Assembly: GCA_041736305.1 (NCBI GenBank)
Contig: JBGSTX010000209.1
Location: 1 to 15,858, forward strand
Origin: Oligoflexus sp.
GTDB lineage: Bacteria; Bdellovibrionota_B; Oligoflexia; Oligoflexales; Oligoflexaceae
DNA length: 15,858 nucleotides
Direction: 5' to 3'
The notes under the pieces were generated by a model that was not told the origin of the DNA, searched no databases, and saw only the letters and a list, made by a program, of their open reading frames with translations. How positions within the stretch are numbered: position 1 is the first letter of the stretch; each line of letters starts with the position of its first letter. Shown here piece after piece: positions 1 to 8,500 of this stretch. Position numbers and translations under genes: made by a program.

Positions 1-53
1 CTTTTAAGAACTGCAATATCATTCAAGCATTTGATGGGTATATGTATGCTTAA
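1..53 (+). CDS. iscB: 3' end (partial) of a probable RNA-guided endonuclease IscB (RRXRR/HNH family)
   Basis: Frame starting at base 3 reads FKNCNIIQAFDGYMYA-stop (TAA 51-53). This matches my recollection of the IscB C-terminal pattern (S/H)xxC(xx)IQxxDGYxY and is followed by an IS200/IS605-type terminal hairpin. Only 16 codons are visible. Confidence 0.6.
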   Translation, partial: FKNCNIIQAFDGYMYA

Positions 54-68
54 GATTATCTCCGATCT

Positions 69-130
69 GGGAGCAAGATGGCTCCCTATTCCTCCACGCC
101 CTAAAGGACGTGGTTTCCAAGGGAGCAAGA
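69..130. repeat. Direct repeat GGGAGCAAGA (69-78, 121-130) with complementary GCTCCC (81-86), allowing alternative hairpins
   Basis: Read directly from the sequence. GGGAGC-AAGATG-GCTCCC forms a 6-bp stem, and GCTCCC can alternatively pair with GGGAGC 121-126, enclosing the 94-113 hairpin. Confidence 0.7.
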
Positions 131-165
131 ACTGATGAAAATGAGACGGACTAGGCGCTAATAGA

Positions 166-567
166 TTATTGGGGACGCCGCTGTTCAGCGGTCTCTACGC
201 ACTTGGCGTAACCGCGTGCCTCATTGATGAAATTCGCTCTCAGAGGCGCAGAATAGGTCTCGTTAAAGAGGTTCATGCTGCGAGGATGTTTGTAGATGAA
301 CTGCATCCAGCGGATATGCGCCTTGGAGCGAACGAAAGCTTTGAGGCTTTCCTCCGAATCCCAATAGCTGATTAGCAAGACCTCGAAGGGGCCAGCGATA
401 CCCGGCAAAGCTTGGCTGCATCCAGGGGCTCGCTTGGTCTTCCAGATAAAAAAGAAAATATGAGTCCAGAGAAAGATGAAACCGAAGAGATTGCGGCTCG
501 AAAGACCTATAATGAGGGTCAAGTCTCGAGCACCTTCTAGCCGGACTTCCGTGTGCAGCTTAGCCAT
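166..567 (-). CDS. DUF4188-like dimeric alpha/beta-barrel (ABM-like) putative monooxygenase
   Basis: Motifs LIIGL near the N-terminus, ISYWDSEESLKAFVRSKAHIRW and FNETY resemble DUF4188/antibiotic-biosynthesis-monooxygenase folds. ATG at 567 is better spaced from AAGGA than the track start at 576. Last gene of the PKS operon. Confidence 0.6.
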   Translation of the reverse strand: MAKLHTEVRLEGARDLTLIIGLSSRNLFGFIFLWTHIFFFIWKTKRAPGCSQALPGIAGPFEVLLISYWDSEESLKAFVRSKAHIRWMQFIYKHPRSMNLFNETYSAPLRANFINEARGYAKCVETAEQRRPQ

Positions 568-588
568 GCTTTGCATCCTTTTTCAGTC

Positions 589-1866
589 TTACCAGGAATA
601 AGTTACGCGGGCCGACAGAATCTCCCGCTCATCGAGCAGTAGCTTTGGGCTACTGGTCTCGGCATAGGTCCTCTGAAATTCGCCCGTTACCGTGATATTC
701 TCTGCAGCGTTCCAGAGCAGGATGGCTCTGATCATCTCATCTTCGCTATTGATACCACGCAGGTAGAATAGCTGCGGTTCGATGAGATAATTGAAGTAGT
801 TGAGATTGGCGGTGGCACCAACCCAGTTGAAGTGCTTCTGATCTTTTGACTCTTTCACGAAGGCGCCATCGGTAAATGCTTCGGGACCTTTCTCCCAAAG
901 ATCGAAATGAAACTCAGCTCCGAAGCTCTGTTGGCCATCTGTCGTCCAGTTTGCTCCGAAGATGCCCTGCGTGAGTCCGCTCCTTTCAACCTTAGCCGAG
1001 ACGCTGGTCGCGGGATAGTTGTTATGATGGACGAGGTCAGCGCGAGCGAGCCAATTAAATCCTGCGTAGGACATAGTCATAGCCGTAGATTCAACCTGAC
1101 GCTCGTCGATAATCACATCCTTGTCATCCGCAAAGGCATTGAAGCGATAGCTTGGAACCCGAGGCCAGTGCTTCCAGTAGTAGAGCTTGGTATCGATACC
1201 GGCTAAAATCAGTCCGACCCGTCCACCCTGCTCTGAATCCTGGCCCATCTTGTAGTCTCGCTTATCGGATATTCCAAAATCTCCGACTTCGTCAGGCTGT
1301 TTGTTGGCCAGCGGTAGGGGAACATAGATGAGCTGATAGTTGAATTCACTACTTTGCCACTCGAGATTGATCATCGGCGAGGGGTTCTTAGCGGCGGGAT
1401 CGTAGTACCCACGAGAATGGGTCAGATCGCGAGGGTTGACCAGATCGAGAATCGGCATTAAGAGATTTTCACCCCAGGTGACTTCCTGCATCCCTAGCCC
1501 GAGTTTATAAGATCCCCATGATTTAGCAGCATAGGCAAGAAGCTTGTCGACGTTATCCGAATCGACATCTTCATAGTTCTTATTATCGACGAAGTCGACA
1601 ATCAGGCGGTATTGTAGGTTGAAGCGCCAAGCTTCTGCTTCGTCCTGAAAGGACCACTGATGCTGCTGACTGAGGAAAAGCACGGCATGACTGGTTTCAC
1701 CGACATCCAAGGCCTGCGTATGTTCATAGCCCGCTTCGCTAGAAAGCCGCCCGAACAGGCCAATGTCTGGCTTTTTTGCCGACACGGAGCCCTCTCCATC
1801 CGCGGCGCAGAGGCTGGAGGGAGTGTTTAAGAAGACTATAATGAGACTGGTGCGGAACTTTTTCAC
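589..1866 (-). CDS. Predicted outer-membrane beta-barrel protein (DUF1302/porin-like)
   Basis: GTG start, signal-peptide-like N-terminus, motif GMQEVTWGE...DLVNPRD typical of barrels found beside lipoprotein-sorting proteins, alternating amphipathic strands, and a C-terminal aromatic residue (ARVTYSW). Lies 20 bp downstream of the preceding gene. Confidence 0.7.
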   Translation of the reverse strand: MKKFRTSLIIVFLNTPSSLCAADGEGSVSAKKPDIGLFGRLSSEAGYEHTQALDVGETSHAVLFLSQQHQWSFQDEAEAWRFNLQYRLIVDFVDNKNYEDVDSDNVDKLLAYAAKSWGSYKLGLGMQEVTWGENLLMPILDLVNPRDLTHSRGYYDPAAKNPSPMINLEWQSSEFNYQLIYVPLPLANKQPDEVGDFGISDKRDYKMGQDSEQGGRVGLILAGIDTKLYYWKHWPRVPSYRFNAFADDKDVIIDERQVESTAMTMSYAGFNWLARADLVHHNNYPATSVSAKVERSGLTQGIFGANWTTDGQQSFGAEFHFDLWEKGPEAFTDGAFVKESKDQKHFNWVGATANLNYFNYLIEPQLFYLRGINSEDEMIRAILLWNAAENITVTGEFQRTYAETSSPKLLLDEREILSARVTYSW

Positions 1867-1886
1867 AGGCTATCCAATGGCTGCGC

Positions 1887-2582
1887 TCAGTTCAGACTAT
1901 TCTGACTGAAAAAGCTTTCAGGAAACTTCTTTTCTTCCATGAGCTGAATCTGCAGGGTGGATTTCTCACCTTTTTTCGCAGCATTTTCGATCACAATCCG
2001 CGTCGGTCGGAGGGCACCTGCCATCGGCTTGTACTCGGTAAAGGTGACAAACTTGAGCACCTTCTCCTGCTGGGTGAGATACTCGCCACGGACCGGCGCA
2101 TAAGTCTTCTTACTGATCCAGACTCGAATTTTGTCGTAAGTCAGGCCCCGACGCTTCGCCGACAAAAACAACACAAATTCCTCGGGTGTTTCACTTTCGA
2201 GCTTCGCATCGTAATCGCCGAACCAGCGCATCCGACTGATATCGCCGTTAGCCGCCTGACCCGTGAGCTTCTGGTTGAGAGTCACGCGAACCGAGCGCTT
2301 GATATTGGGTATGAAAGCCCACATATCTTCATTGAGCATGAGGTAATTCTTGCCATTCTCGCGCTTAGGCTCGAGAGTCCTAATAATAGACGCGTCCTTG
2401 CCGCCGATGGAGATCTCGAAGCGAAAGTGGCTATCGTCGGTCGAGTCTACCGTGACTTCCATGCGATAAGAGTTGGAAGGGCTCCTGATTTCATCAGCCT
2501 TTTTCAAGATTTCGGCGGCATTCTCGGCGGCGACTCCCGTCGTAGATGAGAGAAGACCGATGAACAAAATCCAGGTTTTCAT
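1887..2582 (-). CDS. Outer-membrane lipoprotein-sorting protein (LolA-like periplasmic carrier)
   Basis: Signal peptide MKTWILFIGLLSSTTGVAA. Family motifs ILKKADEIR, EPKRENGKNYLM, MWAFIPNIKRSVRV, QKLTGQAANGDI, TYDKIRVWI and PESFFSQNSL. RBS AAGGGG; 12 bp after the PKS stop. Confidence 0.85.
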   Translation of the reverse strand: MKTWILFIGLLSSTTGVAAENAAEILKKADEIRSPSNSYRMEVTVDSTDDSHFRFEISIGGKDASIIRTLEPKRENGKNYLMLNEDMWAFIPNIKRSVRVTLNQKLTGQAANGDISRMRWFGDYDAKLESETPEEFVLFLSAKRRGLTYDKIRVWISKKTYAPVRGEYLTQQEKVLKFVTFTEYKPMAGALRPTRIVIENAAKKGEKSTLQIQLMEEKKFPESFFSQNSLN

Positions 2583-2594
2583 TTTGTCGTCCCC

Positions 2595-5500
2595 TTATTT
2601 AGCTGCTTTGTCCGGCTTCTGAGCCATCTTTTCCGTCAGGTGAATTTCGACCGTTTTAACTACAACTTCTAGTATTTTGGCTGGAAGATCAGCCGATATC
2701 TTGTTGCCTTCTTCGTTGTTCTTCGCCCAGATTACGCTGTGTTCACCGATCGCAAGTTTTTCTGGTGCGCCGCCATGCTCGCTGTCTTTGAAAAACTCAA
2801 AGTAGAGGTCGAGTCCTTGGCTATGGATGGCCTTGACAGCCATGGAAACTCGGATCTTGTCAAAGGGCATAGCTTCCCTCAGATGCTGTATCCTAGCTTT
2901 CACACAAGTGAGTTCGCCATCTTCTCCGATACCCCGGTATAACTGCGGAACTATGTTCTGAAAGAATTCATCCCTCAGCTTGCCCATCCAAATCGAATAA
3001 TTGCCGAAGTAAAGGTTACCGACCAAATTCGCATCGAAGAGACCCGTCTCATAGACCTTCTCAGCGAGTGGCACCGAGCTGCTCGGTCCTTGCGGAGCTG
3101 TGAATAGAGTCTCGCCCTTCGAGAGCGTACGATAAGGTTCTGGTGCCGGGACGTAGGTGTCCTTATTGTCGTTTTTAGCCACCATACTTGCGATGAAATC
3201 TTTGTAATAGTCGGGGAACTCAGCCGGGCGTACGATCCCATGATCCAGAATCTCGACCCAGGTAAATCCCATCTGACCCGTAGCGATGCGCTCCTCGATC
3301 TGGTCCGGTCCACGGGAGACCCAGTCGAAGTTAAGGGTAGCTGAAGAGTTCTTCGATCCAGTGATCTTACCGCACCACATGCGCGCTTCAACGATACGTT
3401 CACGGTTGCGGCATTCTCCGAGCACTTCTATGCTCGACCAGTTGGTTACTAGACCCCAGCGACCGGTCTCGGTCAGCTCTCTGATTCCGTCTAGCACCGG
3501 AATCGAGGACATTTCGCGTGAAAGTCCCATCCAGTTGAAGAAGTGCGAGAAATAGATCGAACGGTTGAGGTTCGCGAAGGTCTTAAAATCCGGAATGAAG
3601 CGATGGACGAAGACCGACTGCCCTTGTGGTCCATTAGGCTCAGCGTCGATGCGCAGAAGACTGGCTGTTGCCCGGTAGGGATTCAGCAATGGATTGTGGG
3701 CATCTGTCGGAACCACCGCCGCAGCTGGCAGCGCTGCCGATTGGCCGATCTGGATGAGATCCATGGCCTTAGGCAGCTGCAGACGTTTTTCGAGGAACTG
3801 AAGACGATAGTTTTCCATTCGTTCAAGCAGCTGGCCAGACTTATCGAAGACGTCAACCGTCGCGAGATAGGTCTTAGCATCGGCTTTGTGCACGTCGGTG
3901 AAGCTGATGCGATCAAGGACGTCGCGATGCCCACGGAAGAGCGTGATGCGTTCTATCTCGATAGGCAGACACTGATTCTGCGGGATGATGATTTGCGCCG
4001 ATTGGAGCAGAGAATCCCTGAAAAATGGATCACCGAGAAGGTGTCCTTTCAGATGCTGAGGTTCGGCCCGCGAACGGAAAACCGTGCAGCCTTCCGTCTC
4101 ATTATCAGACTCGAGGTGATAGATGTCCTCAATCCTTTGGAACATCGGCCCCTGGAAGAGAATGCTCCCATAGAGCTGCTTCATAGGTTCAATCGCTAGG
4201 CGAGAACTGAAAGTAGGAACTCCTACAACAGCTCTTCTATCGCTAGCCCTCATGATAAAATCAGCTGCGAAGTGATCGTACTTGAATCCTGTCAGAGCCG
4301 TACGGATACCTGTTTTAACGCGGATGCTGCCGTCGCTTTCGGGACGTTCACAGGCTTCAGCATAGATCTCAATGTCGACCCCTTGTGCACCGACCGTAAT
4401 CGGACGGGAGAGCTGAATATTCTCGAGGATACAGCTATCTTGGCCGCTGAGATCGAAGAGGGTATTCACCACTTGCGCCATGGCCTCAAGACCATAGACG
4501 GTCGGCATGAGGAAAGCGCCTTTGTAGTTGTGGTCTTTGAGGTAACTATGACTATCCAAGGTCAGCTTTGTTCTCGCGATCGCTTCGACGTCGCGCTGGT
4601 AGTGCAAGAGCTGCTCAATGAAGGACACGGTAAAATTCTGCGGTGGCAGGATAGCGACTTTGTCGCCGATATCGCCAAGCCTTGAGCTGATAACCGACTG
4701 CTGATCCGGAGCCTTGGCATCGGCTAAGTCCATAAACCTTTGCACGCCTTGCTCAGGAGCGATCGAACCGATACCCTTGCTCTCGAGATTTTTGTCGCTT
4801 CCCATGCGAGCGCCCATGCCGACCTCTGCCCATACACTATAGGCCAGAGTCTGGGTCTGAGCCTTTGGATGGGCTTTGCCGTAGCGACGAATCATGAGGT
4901 CGAGGGTCTCATTGGCGAAACCGTACCAAGCATTGCCCGGCATACCGGTCACACCGATGACGGACGTAAGGCCGATGACGAGTTTAATGGAGTCCTTGGT
5001 CGTCGCCTGAAAGAGGTTCCACATCCCCTTTACTTTAGGGGTCATTTCACTGAGCGCACTCGCGGCGTCGACAGTCGAAGCCGGACGCGGCTTATTTATG
5101 CCTGCCCCATGTACGATCCCGCTGATCGGACCTAGCTCGGCACGAATGCGGTCCACCATCTGCCCGACATCATGGGCATTGCCGATATCGCAGCTATAAT
5201 AGCGGGCTTCGAGTTTGAGCGCGCGGTATTGTTCGAGAGTTGCGGTGATCGGATGCTCTTTGTTGCTTTCGTCTTCCTTCGAAAGCGGTGACGAACCTAT
5301 CAAGGCCATCTTCACCTTGTGCTTTTGCGCGAAGGCCAGAGCGCAGGCGGCTGTAATTCCTTTTGCACCCCCAGTAACAAGTATCACATCCTTTTTGTTC
5401 CAGGAGATATTGCGAGCTTCATAGCTCTGCGGCTGTTCAGCCAGCAGCTCAGGTACATATCGAACCCCCTTCTTATCGAAGCCACTGACCCGGATGGTGG

Positions 5501-8500
5501 CTGGCTCTTTCCAGCTATCAAGGAGCTGACTGAGGCAGAGGGAGAGATCGCTCACTTGGCTGAAAGACAGCGCTCTGATCTTGAGATCGCTGCGTTCATG
5601 AGCGAGGCTTTGAGCAAAAGCTTTGGCGCTGCTAATCGGTGCGGCTTCCGAACTATGGCCGAAGCGGCCGTCATCGATCTGGACAAAACTAATCGTTTGA
5701 CCCTTCTTCCAGCGTCCTTGGGCGATGGCGCTCAAGATTCTGACCCGCTCGTTGAGAGCGTCGTTGAAGTCTTCAGCTTTCGGGATAGGTAGAAGGACGA
5801 TGACTAGATCGGCGTCCAGAGCCTGCACCTGAAAGCTGCTCTCCGGCGCTGAACAGAAAGAGCTGCGGGCCACTGCGCCCTGAGATTCGAGAGAACTTTG
5901 GACCTGCTCGACCCAAGCTTGGTCGCGACTAGAGGCCACAATTTGTACGACAGCCTGATTCCAGGACTCAGAGGTCTTGGGCAGCTTTGTCTCGGTAAAT
6001 ACTTCTGTGAAGTTTCTGACCCATGGGGCCCTATTTTTACTCTTCGAAACTTCGGCTACCATAGGTGCGGCGGGCGCCACCGCTTTGGCTTTAGGAGCTG
6101 CCTCGGGAAGGACCTGCAAACTAGCTGAAGAGCTCACAAGTGGCTCTTTTTGTACCGACGAAGCTGGTGCCTGAGGACTATCCGCAGACAGGCCTTTCTC
6201 AGCTAGCTTGTCGCGAATCGCTTGGGCGATTTCTCCGATCGAAGCGTTGGCGAAAGCAGCGAGCTCGAGCTCCCCAGCGATTCCATAGTGCATGCTAGCG
6301 TTGGCGACCAGTTCACTGGCTTTAATTGAATCGAGGTTCAGGTCATCGAGAACGCGCATCTCGGGTTTGAGGGTCGCGGCTTCGAAGCCGGTGAGACTTT
6401 CTATCACACCGAAAAGGACTTGCTCTACCGAACTAGCCGGCGCCACAGCTGCTGGTGCTGGTGACGTCGAAGTCACTTCAGCGGCACGTTCAGCTACAAT
6501 CGGAAGCGAAGCAGCAATGGGTAAAGTCTGAACTACTGGAGCGGTGAATCCTAGGGAAGCTCCCGGAACCTGCGCTACTGTAAGAGGTCGTTCCGTAGGG
6601 CTCTCGATAAATTTTTTCTCATCAGGCCGCACGAAGGGACGCACGAAGCGGTGGCGATAGAGCTCTTCCCAACGTACCTGTGAGCCTTTAGTATAGCTGA
6701 TGGCGAGAATAGCTTTGTACTCAGCATCATAGCCGGGCCTACTTTCGCTCGGCCAGCACAGGGTCTGCGTGCTGCTGCTGTTGATGCGTTTGAATAAGCC
6801 GCTTAAGATTGCCGACGGACCGATCTCAAAGACCAGATCCGCTTCTTGCTGTACTGTCTTCGCCAGAGCCACAAAATCTACCGGCTCGATGATCTGCTGG
6901 GCCAGATAAGCGTTGAGATCCGAAGCAGCATCGAAGAGCTTACCGTCGGTTCCCCGGACAAATTTTAGTTCAGGACGAGCGAACTTAATGTCCTTCATAA
7001 ACGCAGCGAAAGCTGTCGCCGCTTCGTCCATGTAGGAGGAATGAAAAGCGTTGGACACCGGCAGAGGGCCGGCGCGTAGATTTTTAAGTTTAGCCAGTTC
7101 GAGAATCTTATCCAAAGCCTTCACGTCGCCCGAGAGGATAGTCTGATCCGGGGCGTTGATATTGGCAACGGTCACATAGCCGTCCACTTCTTTGATAAGG
7201 CTTTCGGCTGTCGCTTGATCGCAGGCAAGGTGAATCATACCGCCCGGACGATCGGCGCGGTTGGCCATCAGGGCTCCGCGTTTGCTGGCAAGTTTGATCA
7301 GAGTCGGAAAATCGATAGCTTTGGCGGCGAACAATGCGCTGAGTTCACCTAGACTATGCCCAGCGACGACGCTGGGATTGATGCCGAAGCGCTGCATGGC
7401 TTCTAGCCAGAGGACGTTGCTCAAAGTAATCGCGGGTTGTGCCATTTCAGTGAGCGATAGCTTTTTCAGCTGCTCTTCATCGTGCCGGTAGCTTTCCGTG
7501 AACAGACAATCGCTGAGAGGGGTCGCATTATACTCCCGCACGATGCTCTCTGCCCGCTCGAGCCTGTCTTTCGCCCAATCGAAGCGGCGAATAAGCTTTT
7601 TGCCCATATTCAGCTTTTGCGCACCCTGACCGGGGAACACAAAGGCTATACGGGGTGGCTTGTTGCTAAAGCCGAGACTGATAAGAGTGGATCCCTCGAG
7701 GCTTTCTCGGGTCTCATTGGCTTTTAAAGGTGTTTCGAGCCACTTAGCTAGCTTGCTGAGAGCCTGGAAGGCGTCTTCTGGCTTTTGAACAACCACAGCG
7801 GCGCGATAGTTCTCGTGCCCTTTCGCAAATCGCGAAAGATCGGCGGCAAGGTCGAGCAGCTCGGCCCGACTGATGCGGCGAACATAGGCAAGCGTTTGCT
7901 GAATCTTACGCTCAAGCGCCGTCTGTGATGGCGCCGAGAAAACCAGAACCTCACCACGATCGTGGGAGCTGAGTAGGACTTTCTCGTCTGCCGAAGGACG
8001 CAGGTTCTCTTGCACCTGACCATAGCTCTCCATGGTCACGTGGGAGTTGATACCGCCAAAGCCCATTGCGGAAAGACCGGCTCGCATAACTGCGTTTTCA
8101 GGGCGTTTGTACCCCTCGATCAGCGGCGTGAAGAAGCGGGCTTTCCCACTGAAGAGATCACTGAATTCTTCAACCCCAGCCATCGGCGGAGCGACCCGCT
8201 GATTGACGCCTATGACGGTTTTGATAAAAGCACCGATTCCGGCAGCAGCTTTGGTGTGCCCAACGATAGACTTGAGCGAGGTGATACCGATGTTTTGCGC
8301 CGGCACCCCATCTCCTAACGCTTCGACCATGGCCGAGACTTCGATCTTGTCCCCGACTGTCGTTCCCGTTCCATGACCTTCAATAAAATCGCAATCTTTG
8401 AGCTGATAGCCCGACATACTATAGGCTTTAGAAATGGCGCTCGCCTGACCAGCGACTGAAGGGGCCGTGAGTCCGCCTTTGCCGTCTGAAGATATGCCCC

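Larger units (their letters stand above)
1..138 (+). mobile_element. Terminal end of an IS200/IS605-family (ISC, IscB-encoding) insertion element
   Basis: TTCCTCCACGCCCTAAAGGACGTGGTTTCC (89-118) contains the imperfect hairpin CCACG-C-CC/TAAA/GG-A-CGTGG (94-113), typical of subterminal hairpins recognised by Y1 TnpA. It is followed by TGATGA (133-138). The exact boundary is inferred. Confidence 0.6.

Noticed and set aside
69-130. GGGAGCAAGA repeat as a CRISPR array or target-site duplication
   Set aside because: Only two 10-bp copies, too short for CRISPR repeats, and IS200/IS605 elements do not create target duplications.
6030-6600. Ala/Pro-rich stretches flanking the ACP as extra ACPs or repeats
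   Set aside because: No second DS motif or nucleotide periodicity; these are ordinary flexible linkers.
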